Origin: an uncultured Thermoleophilia bacterium
GTDB taxonomy: Bacteria; Actinomycetota; Thermoleophilia; UBA2241
Reading direction: 5' to 3'
Assembly (NCBI GenBank): GCA_963702475.1
Contig: CAVPCT010000002.1
Span: 32,001 to 96,000 of the forward strand
Length of the DNA stretch: 64,000 nucleotides
Positions 50,191 through 58,986 of this stretch are shown here, piece after piece. The position numbers were made by a program, and so were the translations under genes. How positions within the stretch are numbered: the stretch's first letter is position 1; the number at the start of each line of letters is the position of its first letter. Below the pieces are notes generated by a model. The model had not been told where the DNA came from and did not search any database. It worked only from the letters and a program-made list of their open reading frames with translations.

Positions 50191-50457
50191 TCAGTTCGGG
50201 TGGTACCCGTGCGGCCAGGCGGCGCCCGGCGTCGGTCCGTCCGGCGCCGGCGCGCCGCCTCCGCCGAGGACGTTCTCGAGCGTGGCGTCGGCGAGGGCGA
50301 CGAGGACGCCGGCGATCTCCTCGGCGGTGCAGTCGAAGCCCTCGCTGCGGATGAGTTGCATCCGCGCGTCCACGTCCTGCTCGGCCAGCACCCTGGCGCG
50401 GAACTCGTCGTCCGCGTGCACCCGCTCGATGAACCGTCTGGCCTGCTCGATGGACAC
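50191..50457 (-). CDS. Nif11-like leader peptide RiPP precursor
   Basis: MSIEQARRFIERV..D.EFR..V......GFDCTAEEI.....LADATLENVLGG, followed by a short core. Confidence 0.82.
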   Translation of the reverse strand: MSIEQARRFIERVHADDEFRARVLAEQDVDARMQLIRSEGFDCTAEEIAGVLVALADATLENVLGGGGAPAPDGPTPGAAWPHGYHPN

Positions 50458-50795
50458 CTGACTCCCTCGCTCCGAGCCGCGGGCCGTGCGCCTCGACAGG
50501 CGCGCCGGCTCGTTCTGCCTTCGTTATCGGCAGGGGGCCGCCGCCGGTGCAGTCCCGAGTCGCTGCCGGAGTGACAGGCGCGCGCTCGTCCCGGCGCCGT
50601 CCCGGCCTGCCTGCCCGGCGCCGTCCTGGCCGTCGGAGCAATCCGTCGATCCAGCGCCGCCAGCGCGTGCGGAAGAGCTGCAGCTGGCGGCGCTCCCGGT
50701 CCGGCGGCAGGTCGGCGGCCGTGATGGACCGGAGCGCCAGTCTCTCGAGTGTCTCGAGCCGGCCGGGCCAAGAAGTCGGCCGGGCCGCGGCGCGG

Positions 50796-51179
50796 TCAGC
50801 CGGGCCGGACGATGCCGCGGCGCTCGTAGGCCGCCGCGGCCTCGCGGACGAGCACTGCGCACAGGGGCGCGGCCGCGGCGTCCAGACGGGTGGCGAGCGC
50901 CTCCAGCTCTGGCCCAGTCGAGCGGCCGGGCCGGAGCGTCTCGTAGATGGCGAGCACGTCGTCGTCCGGAAGAGCGGTGAGTTCGGCGGCGCGCCGCAGG
51001 TTCTCGCCGAGCTGCGGGTTGCCGTGCTCCTCGGCGACGGCGGCCTGGCGGCGCAGCGTGTCGGGGTGGACGCGCAGGTCAGCTGGGGAGAGGTCGCCGC
51101 GAACGGCGGCCTCCAGCGTGAGCTCCTCGAGCGGCCGGCCGCTCAGGGCGCGGCAGACGAAGCCGTCCGCGCCGGTCAT
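50796..51179 (-). CDS. pduE: B12-dependent diol/glycerol dehydratase small subunit
   Basis: ELTLEA...G.LS..DLR.HP.TL..QA.VA, NL.RAAELT.LPD..VL.IYE.LRP.RST. Confidence 0.88.
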   Translation of the reverse strand: MTGADGFVCRALSGRPLEELTLEAAVRGDLSPADLRVHPDTLRRQAAVAEEHGNPQLGENLRRAAELTALPDDDVLAIYETLRPGRSTGPELEALATRLDAAAAPLCAVLVREAAAAYERRGIVRPG

Positions 51180-53461
51180 CGCCGGACCTCCAGGTCGACG
51201 GGCGGCGCGCCCGGCACTGCCTCGCCGCGCTCGATGGCCACGAGCGCGACGACCTCGGCGTGGAAGCGCGCCTCGATGGCCCAGTCGGTGTACGGGTTGC
51301 GCACCGGCGCCGGCCGCTCGCCTTTGGCGTAGCCCGCCGCGTTCGCGCCGAGCTCCCGGTACATCTCGAGCGTCAGGAGCGGCGCGATGGAGAGCAGCTC
51401 GAGGCAGGCGAGCGGTGCCAGCCCGCGCTGGTGGATGAGCGCCGTGCCCTTGGCCTGCAGTCCGACGGCGACGCCGGAGCCGGCCAGCTCAGCCGCGGTG
51501 AGGCCGATCACCCCGAGGTCAACTGTTGACTGCACGCGCACGATGCGCGCGCGGCAGCCCTCGGCCTCGATGCCGGCGACGACCGCGTCGAGCGCGTCGC
51601 CGGCCGGCAGGCCGGCCATCGTGAACCAGAGCTTGGTCGCGAAAGCCGGCGAGACCCCGACGCAGACCTCGAGCGCGTCGGCGCCGGCCTCGGCCGGGCC
51701 GCGCTCGACGAGGCGAAAGGACGCGGCCTCCGGCGTCGCACGGCCGGCCGCGTGCCGCGCCAGCAGGTCGTCCCGCGAGCGCTCCTGGCGGATCGCGGCG
51801 ATCTCGCGGCGCCTCGCGGCCGAGACTTCGTAGCCGGTTCCCGGCCCCTGGTAGTCGTTCGGATCGGTCACCTTCGACAGCACGTTCAGGTGCTCGTCGA
51901 AGATCGCCGCCGTCTGCAGATAGTCGCCCGCGACCCGGGCGCGTCCCAGGGCGAACACGCGCCCGGCCTCCTCTTCGAAGCCCGTCGCCCACAGCGCGCG
52001 CACCACGTCCAGGACGCCGGTCTGCTTCGCAAGGATCGCGTCCGCGGCGTGCAACACCGCCTGCGGGTCCGGAGGCGTGACGTCTTTGGAGCCCTCGGCG
52101 TTGACGACCTCTACGACGTGCTCCTCGGTGAAGCCGGGGGCCGGGCCGTCGTCCACCAGCCCCAACTCGCGGTACACGGCGAGGCACGCCCGCGCCGCGC
52201 GCTCGCGCACCTCCCGCACGCGCACCTCCGTGACCGGGCGCAGGGCGCCGTCCGTGTCCCAGTCGCGCTGCAGCACGAGATAGTCGTCCAGGTCCTCCGC
52301 GTTGAAGTTACTGGGCCCGAACATGTTGTCGTAGCGCGGTATCGAGCCGAAGCCGCTGAACAGGAAGTCCGAGCCGGCCAGGAACAGGGGGACGGTATGC
52401 GCGGTACGGCGCATGTCCGACTCGCTCACGAGGGCGTCGTTGCCCGAGCACGACTCGAGGTCGCGGAGCATGACGAGGAGGTTCTCGGCGAGCAGTTCGC
52501 GCATGCCGCCGGGGACGGCGCCGACGACGCTGGCGGCGTCGATGCCGCCGTTCTGCACGCCCTGGGCGCCCATGGCGCGGGCCAGGGCGACGCAGCGGGA
52601 TTCGAGCGAGAACATGGAGCGGCCCTCGGCGGCGCCCATGAGCGCCTCCGCGCCGCCGCCGCTGGTGACTCGCATCTTGAGGCCGCGCGAGGCGTAGGCG
52701 GAGCAGAGGAAGGCCTTGGACCAGGGCGTGTCGTCGCCGTCGAGGAAGACCTTTTCCGTGCCGTAGAGGCTGACCGTCTCGGCGTAGGTGGTGAGGCCAC
52801 GGAGGCCGAGGTCGAGTTCGAGGGCCTCCTCGACCGAGCACTGCGTGATGGCGCCGGCGGAGCCGACCTGCGAGCCGATGAGCACGGCGAGCGCGTTGGA
52901 CGGGGCGTCGGCGTTGACCGGCACCGTGGTCTCGACCTCGCGGAAGCCGTAGGCGACCGCGGTGGCCGCGTCGGCGGCGAGCAGCAGCGGGTCGTCGAGC
53001 CGGTTGGTGACGTGCGCCTGGTTGCTGGGCGTGCGGCGTACGCGCATCTTCGCGACGGCGATCTGGAGTTCGACCGGGCGCAGCAGGGCGACGACGCGGG
53101 CGAGCTTCTCCGGCGTCGCCCCGGCGGCGAGGCGCACGACCTCCGTGCGCGGCACGTTGGGGTCGACGATGAGGCGGGCGAACGCGACGTCGTCGAGGGC
53201 GTTCGCCTCGGCGGCGACGGCGACGTCGATGCCGCGCGCGGCGATGAAGGCGTCGATGAGGTCGAAGTCCGGGGCCGGCGTGCCGTCGAGTTCGAGGACA
53301 GCTCCGCACTCGTCGTCAACCAGGATGCCGGGCTCGGGATCGTTCGCGGAGGCGAACGCGACGAGCCCGGCCTCGTGGTCCTCCGCCGCGAAGCCGTCCA
53401 GATTGACCGGCCGACCGTCGAGTGCCGCGAAGCGGCCGAGGCGCTGTCTCTGCTCGTGCAC
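51176..53461 (-). CDS. pduC: B12-dependent diol dehydratase homolog, large and medium subunits fused (761 aa)
   Basis: RPVN.DGF, RRTPSNQAHVTN, YAETVS.YGTE, DGDDTPWSK, YDNMF. The C-terminal ~190 aa match the medium subunit (GIEAEG, SGVAVGLQAKGT.LIH, LEL...PL). Confidence 0.88.
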   Translation of the reverse strand: MHEQRQRLGRFAALDGRPVNLDGFAAEDHEAGLVAFASANDPEPGILVDDECGAVLELDGTPAPDFDLIDAFIAARGIDVAVAAEANALDDVAFARLIVDPNVPRTEVVRLAAGATPEKLARVVALLRPVELQIAVAKMRVRRTPSNQAHVTNRLDDPLLLAADAATAVAYGFREVETTVPVNADAPSNALAVLIGSQVGSAGAITQCSVEEALELDLGLRGLTTYAETVSLYGTEKVFLDGDDTPWSKAFLCSAYASRGLKMRVTSGGGAEALMGAAEGRSMFSLESRCVALARAMGAQGVQNGGIDAASVVGAVPGGMRELLAENLLVMLRDLESCSGNDALVSESDMRRTAHTVPLFLAGSDFLFSGFGSIPRYDNMFGPSNFNAEDLDDYLVLQRDWDTDGALRPVTEVRVREVRERAARACLAVYRELGLVDDGPAPGFTEEHVVEVVNAEGSKDVTPPDPQAVLHAADAILAKQTGVLDVVRALWATGFEEEAGRVFALGRARVAGDYLQTAAIFDEHLNVLSKVTDPNDYQGPGTGYEVSAARRREIAAIRQERSRDDLLARHAAGRATPEAASFRLVERGPAEAGADALEVCVGVSPAFATKLWFTMAGLPAGDALDAVVAGIEAEGCRARIVRVQSTVDLGVIGLTAAELAGSGVAVGLQAKGTALIHQRGLAPLACLELLSIAPLLTLEMYRELGANAAGYAKGERPAPVRNPYTDWAIEARFHAEVVALVAIERGEAVPGAPPVDLEVRR

Positions 53462-53565
53462 GCATCCCGTCCCGGTCAGGTGCCCTCGTGCTCCCCGGAC
53501 GAATCTACCACGCCGGCGTGCCGGCCGCCCTACGCTCGAGGGATCGTCCCCTTGGTCCGGGCATC

Positions 53566-53663
53566 GTCACAAGGCGCTGCCGCCCGGCGGAAACCCTGAG
53601 TTCGGCACGGCGCTCAGGGTGCTGCAGGCGCTGGGCCTGAGGCTGCACGCCGGGCTGCGTTGA
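53566..53663 (+). pseudogene. C-terminal remnant of a putative addiction-module antidote (HI1420-like HTH)
   Basis: HKALPPGGNPEFGTALRVLQALGLRLHA; no intact N-terminus. Confidence 0.55.
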
Positions 53664-54051
53664 TCGCGCGCGTCGCCGCGGTGAGCGCCCGAAGCGCCAA
53701 GCGCTGCGGCTGGCCGGGCGCTTGCCCTCCGTCGAGCCGGATGTCCCGGGGTCTTCGCAGTCCTACGCTGTACGTGAACTGCTGACCACTGCCCAACTGC
53801 TTCGCGGGGTTGTCGGACGACTGAGCGCTTTGGCGCCGGGTGATCTGCGGGCGCATTCGGGCCGCCGGTCGAATCATGTCGATTGTCTCCCGTCGACGGC
53901 GGTGACGCCGTTGCCGGCGCTCAGGGAGCTCCCTATCATCGGGTCATGAGCACACCGGCCATCGACATCGGGACATCGAGCCTGGGCGTGAGGACGAGGT
54001 CGAGTGACCAGCAAGGCCAGTCGCTATACTGGTTCTCTGCAAGGAGGCCCA

Positions 54052-54249
54052 ATGCGCTATCGCATCGCCATTCACCAGTCTGAGGAAGGCTACTCTGTCT
54101 CGGTCCCCGGCCTGCCGGGGTGTTGGTCTCAGGGCGCCACCGACGCCGAGGCGGTCGAGAACATCAAGGATGCGATCCGTGAGTACCTCGCCGTCGTCGA
54201 GGACCAGCTTCGCGGCGAGGAGATCCGCGAGATCGACGTGGCAGTCTGA
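54052..54249 (+). CDS. hicB: HicB-family antitoxin (short form)
   Basis: GYSVSVPGLPGCWSQGAT..EA.ENIKDAI; AAGGAGG RBS. Confidence 0.9.
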   Translation: MRYRIAIHQSEEGYSVSVPGLPGCWSQGATDAEAVENIKDAIREYLAVVEDQLRGEEIREIDVAV

Positions 54250-54251
54250 CC

Positions 54252-54462
54252 TTGCCGCGGATCCCCGGCATCAACCACCTTGATGCCGTGCGCGCTGCAG
54301 AAGGCCGGCTTTGAGATCGTCCGTCAAGGCAAGCACATCGTCATGTCGAACGGCACGCGCATCCTGACCATCCCGAGGCACGACCCGGTCAACGCCTTCA
54401 CGCTCGGGGGGATCGTGCGCGACGCCGGACTCACCGTCGAGCAGTTCCGTGAGCTGCTGTGA
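54252..54462 (+). pseudogene. hicA: HicA-family toxin, frameshifted at a GC dinucleotide run (~54291-54296)
   Basis: TTG start gives MPRIPGINHLDAVRA, then LQKAGFEIVRQGKHIVM...IPRH...TL.GI..DAGLT.EQF in another frame. Confidence 0.75.
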
Positions 54463-54721
54463 CCTTGACCTCGCCGGCTGCCTCGAGGAACTGTGCGCGG
54501 CGTCGGCTCCTTCACCCCCATGGCCTCGGCAGACGTCGCGCGCCGTCCGCGCGTGGTGTACGACTTCGTTGCGGCGTGGCGGCCGACTGGCGGCGCGGAT
54601 GAGACCATTGTTCTCGACCGCGCAAGTCACAGATTGACAAGTCGTGACTGCACAAGTCGTGGCTTTGCTGGTCGCCTGCAGGGATAGCCGGTGGCGGCAG
54701 CGGCACGCGAGCAGGGACTGC

Positions 54722-57170
54722 TCAGCTCATTGGGCTGGCCCCCACCGCGTAGCCCATAGCCCGGTACCCCGCCAGCCGCTTCTGGTGCATGCGGACCAAC
54801 ACCGGGACGCCGGCGTCCACGTAGTCGTAGATGAGCGCCTCCGCCTTGCCGGCGTGCTCGCGGTGCAGGCGGCCGGCGTACTGCTGCAGTGTCCCTCGCC
54901 AGGCGACGGGCATGGCGAGGAACAGCGTGTCCAGGCGGGCGTCGTCGAACCCCTCGCCGACGCAGCGGCCGGTGGCGACGATGACGCGTGGCTCGTCGGC
55001 TGCCGTCGTCGCCATCGCTTCGGCGATGGCGCGTCGCCGCTTCGCTCCCATGCCTCCGGACATGACGAACACGGCACCCACCGACTCCCTCAACGCGGCG
55101 GCGAGGAAGTCCCGATGCTCCGTGCGCTCCGTGAGGACGAGCGGGGAGCGTCCGTCGGCGACGGCCGCGAGCACATCGGCGACGATGAGGTCATTGCGAG
55201 CCGAGTCCGCGGCCAGCGCCGAGTAGACGGTCTGGATGCCCGGCTCGAGGTCGGTCGCAGGCATCAGGAACACGGTCTCCCTCACGACCACCCGATGGTC
55301 GAACGAGCGTGCGGTCGCCTGGAGCCTTCGCGTCGGTGCGGTATCTGATGGGGCCGCACTGCATCGTGATGATGGGGTGGTGCCCGTCCCGGCGCACCGG
55401 CGTCGCGGTGAGCCCGACGACGTAGCGCGCCCGCACCTGCCTCATCACGCGCTCGAAGCTGAACGCCGAGACGTGGTGGCACTCGTCGACGATCACCTGT
55501 CCGTAGTCGGCCACCAGATCGGCCACTACTCCCTTGCTGTTCAGCGACTGGATCACGGCGACGTCGATGGTCCCCTTGGGCCTCATGCGACCGCCCCCGA
55601 TCGCGCCGATGTCGCTGACGGACAGGTCGAGGAACGCCGCGAGCCGCTCGCGCCACTGGTCCATGAGTTGCCGGCGGTGGACGAGCACGAGGGTGTTGAC
55701 CTCGCGGGCGGCGATGAGCCAGGCACCGACCACGGTCTTGCCGAACGCCGTGGCGGCGCAGAGCACGCCGTCCTCGTGCGCCAGGATCGCCTGGGCGGCG
55801 TCGCGTTGCTGCGCCGTGAGCTCACCGTGGAACGTCGTCTCGAGGGGCTGACCGTCGGTGCGCTCGTCCCGGAGCCGCGGTTCGATGCCGTGCGACTCGA
55901 GCAGATCGACGACGGCGCCGAGGCAGCCACGCGGCAGCGCGATGTGGCCGGGGAGCTCCTCCGCGCAGCAGATCAGCCGCGGCTTCGCGAAGGTCGGCAG
56001 GCGCATGGCCTGCGCCCGGTAGAACTCCGGGTTCTCGAACGCGGCGAGCCGGACGAGCCTGTCCTGCAGGCCCTGAGGCAGACTCTTGCTGGTCACGAAG
56101 ATGAGGCTGCCCCGAACGACGTCGACGGTCTCGGGAAACGGTCCCTCGATGCGGGGCAGCGGCCGCCGACCGGAAGGTGGAAGTGTCCACGGCTCGTCGG
56201 CGCCATCCACGACCGCCATCCGCTCACCGAGAGCATCCGTCCCGTCCAGCGCGGCTGTCAGCACGCGGGCGACGTCCTTCGCACTCAGCCGCATCACGCT
56301 CGAGAGGAAGCCCCACTGGTCCGGCGCCGCGTGGAGCTCGCGGTCCACGAACACGCTCCTGCCGTCGTCACGCGGCTGTCGCTGCAGGGGGAGTGCGATG
56401 AGGTTGCCGAATCCGCCCTTGGGCAGTGTGTCCTGGCCGGGGAAGAGACGGTCGTAGGAGTCGAGGCCGACCTCGTGGCGGCGCGCGGTCGTCCGCGTCA
56501 GCAGGGCGGAGCCGAGGCGTCGCGCCTGAGCTGCGGGGACGGCTATCGTGAAGAACAGCCACACATGGGCGCCGGTGCCTGATCGGGAGATCTCGACGCT
56601 GACGGGCACGCCGAGCTCGTCGCAGACCTCCGTGAATGCCGAGACATCCCGTTGCCAGTCGGCCTTGTCGAAGTCGAGCGCGAGGAGGCGGCAGGTGTCG
56701 TCAGGCAGCAGCGGGTAGATGCCGATCGTGTGCCGTCCCGCGAGATGGTCGCGGACCACTGCATCTGTGACGGGGAGCAGGTCGCGGTTGGCGCAATCGG
56801 CGCACTTGACCTGGGGCTTGCTGCAGAGCGAGCGGTCCCACTCATGGGCGCAGGCGGGTGCGTAGCCGGCTCGGCCGGTCTTGCTCTGCCAGCGCACGGC
56901 GAACACGTCCTCGCGACCAGCGAAGAGGGAGCGGAAGAGGGCGATCTTGGCCGGGACCGGGGAATCGGAGGTCACCGGGGCACCGGCTTTCTGGCCGCCG
57001 CGTGCAGCCTGGCTGGGGCTCTGTGCGCACGGAGACGACGGCCACGGTCCCGGCTGAGCCGCCTCCGGTGCCAGTCCGAGTCGTGCCCGCAGCCGGGCGT
57101 TCTCCGCGAGCAGTCTGTCGCATTCGGCGCGGAGAGCGGACGGGTCATCTCGTTCGCCGTTGCCGGGCAT
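54722..57170 (-). CDS. Archaeo-eukaryotic primase-like (TOTE-type) domain fused to an SF2 DEAD/DEAH helicase; one-base insertion near 55322
   Basis: LFAGREDVFA.RW, HL.G..TIGIYPL..D..C....DFD, E.SRSG.GAH.W.FF, GNLIALPLQ; ATAFGKT, DECHH, GLTATP.R.DG; GEGFD..RLDTL, QYAGRLHR after the shift. Confidence 0.8.
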
Positions 57171-57335
57171 GAGTTCATTGTCGCAGCGAGGTGGACGAAT
57201 CGGAACCGGCGGTGGTGGTAAGCGCGGCTCTTCCGTCCGACCCAAAACGTATGCTGCTCAGTCCTGGGAGGCGTGCCAGCGCCGGCCCGGAACGAGCGGG
57301 TGCGGGCGTGGAGGTGCGCGACGGAGGGGGTCGCC

Positions 57336-57986
57336 ATGACGACGCGCAGAGACAGCTCCTACATCTGGGTCACCTGGATCACCGGAATCCTCTCGGCCGA
57401 CAAGCACTGCGAGTGGGGGGCCTGGTTCCGCGCCCACTACCAGGGCTACGACAAGGTGCCCAGCGACTTCGATCTGGCCGCCTACAAGGCCGCGCACGGC
57501 GAGATGGTCCGCACGCGGGCCGACGCGCTCAGGGCTGGCGGCTGGACGGTGCATGTCGAGGGCCAGAACAAGTTCTCGCTGAAGGGCAAGGCGGCCACGC
57601 TCGGCGGCGTCGCCGACATCGTGGCTATCCGTGGCGGCGAGGGCCTGGTGGTCGACTGCAAGTCGGGCAAGCAGCGCGACTCGGACGCGTTGCAGGTGCT
57701 CACGTACATGCTGGTGCTGCCGTACACGCACGCGGCGTGCAAGGACGTCGCGCTCGCCGGCGAGGTCCAGTACCGCGAGGCGAGCGTCTGTATCGCGCCC
57801 GAGCAGCTCACCGATGAGATGCGCTGGCTCATCCGCAGCGTCATCGAGCGCGTCGGTGGTCCGGAGGAGCCAGCCAAGGTGCCGAGCCTCTCGGAGTGCC
57901 GCTTCTGCGACCTCACCTCGGTCGACTGCCCGGAGCGCGTGGAGCCGGAGCCGGCGGCGGACTCGGTAGACCACGATTTGTTCTGA
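57336..57986 (+). CDS. PD-(D/E)XK nuclease, Cas4/AddB-like with a Cys staple
   Basis: GVADIV...VVDCKSG, Q...YM; N-terminal Cys plus CRFC......C at the C-terminus. Confidence 0.78.
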   Translation: MTTRRDSSYIWVTWITGILSADKHCEWGAWFRAHYQGYDKVPSDFDLAAYKAAHGEMVRTRADALRAGGWTVHVEGQNKFSLKGKAATLGGVADIVAIRGGEGLVVDCKSGKQRDSDALQVLTYMLVLPYTHAACKDVALAGEVQYREASVCIAPEQLTDEMRWLIRSVIERVGGPEEPAKVPSLSECRFCDLTSVDCPERVEPEPAADSVDHDLF

Positions 57987-58191
57987 GCGCGACGCCTGCC
58001 GCTTGAGCTTGGACGCTCTGCTCGGCGCAGTTGTCTGCGTCAAGTCGTGCCGGCCTTCAACGTCACCCCTCCTGCCCTTTCGTCATCCTCCCGCGTCTCG
58101 GCTGCTCCGTCTACGCTATGGGTGGCATGGAGCGGACGACCGGGCACGATGACGCAGCCACCACACTCACTATCTCTTGAGGGCGCCTCGG

Positions 58192-58210
58192 GTATGACGT
58201 ATCATCATAC
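58192..58210. promoter_or_regulatory. Inverted repeat, likely antitoxin autoregulatory operator
   Basis: GTATGA-CGTATCA-TCATAC immediately upstream of the RBS. Confidence 0.55.
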
Positions 58211-58223
58211 TGGGAGGTGCGAC

Positions 58224-58466
58224 ATGGGACGCGCGAAGATCGCCATCACTATCGACCAGGCGACACTCGGCTCGATTGACCGGCTGGTGTCCGAGCATCG
58301 TTTTCCCAGCCGCAGTCAGGCCATCCAGGAAGCCCTGGACGAGAAGCTCGCGAGGCTGGCGCACACCCGTCTGGCGGAGGAGTGCGCCAAGCTCGACCCG
58401 GGTACCGAGCAGGCGCTCGCCGACGAAGGCATGGGCGCCGAGCTGGCTGAGTGGCCGGACTACTGA
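58224..58466 (+). CDS. mazE: Ribbon-helix-helix antitoxin
   Basis: KIAITID...L..ID.LV....FPSRSQAIQEA; coupled to the downstream toxin. Confidence 0.8.
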   Translation: MGRAKIAITIDQATLGSIDRLVSEHRFPSRSQAIQEALDEKLARLAHTRLAEECAKLDPGTEQALADEGMGAELAEWPDY

Positions 58467-58789
58467 GAGGAGAGATCCGCTGGGCCGACCTCGACCCGAC
58501 TCGCGGGCACGAGCAGTCGGGTCAGAGGCCCGTCCTCATCCTGAGCGCCGACGTCTTCAATGAGCGCTCGGGCACAGTGATCGCTGTAGCGATCACGTCT
58601 CAGCCCCCGCGGGCGGGCTTTCCCCTGACGTTGGAGATCGCGTCCGCGCAACTCCCGAAGCCGTCATGGGTCAAGATCAGCCAGATCCGCACGCTGTCGG
58701 TCCGGCGTTTCGGTCATCGACTCGGGACCGTCTCTCATGAGGAAGTCGCGCGGGTGATCGAGGGCCTGACCGAGATCCTGGGAGCCTGA
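58451..58789 (+). CDS. mazF: PemK/MazF-family endoribonuclease toxin
   Basis: RGEI.WADLDP..GHEQ.G.RPVLILS, AITS, QIRTLS. Confidence 0.92.
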   Translation: MAGLLRGEIRWADLDPTRGHEQSGQRPVLILSADVFNERSGTVIAVAITSQPPRAGFPLTLEIASAQLPKPSWVKISQIRTLSVRRFGHRLGTVSHEEVARVIEGLTEILGA

Positions 58790-58986
58790 CGCCGGGGGCG
58801 CCGGCCGCTGCCTGCGCAGGACTCGCCTGCCCGCGCCTCCTTCACGCTCGAGGCAGCGCAACGCAAAGGACTGACTCTTGACGCCCGTGACGGCTCCCAT
58901 AGGCTTGCAGGGAAGAGAGCATGGGGCCTTGCCCCGTGCGGGAGGCCGGCCGGGGGGCCGGTCACCTCGGGCCAGGGGGTAACGAC

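Noticed and set aside
57336-57986. CRISPR-Cas locus suggested by the Cas4-like nuclease
   Set aside because: No repeat-spacer array or other cas genes are in the window.
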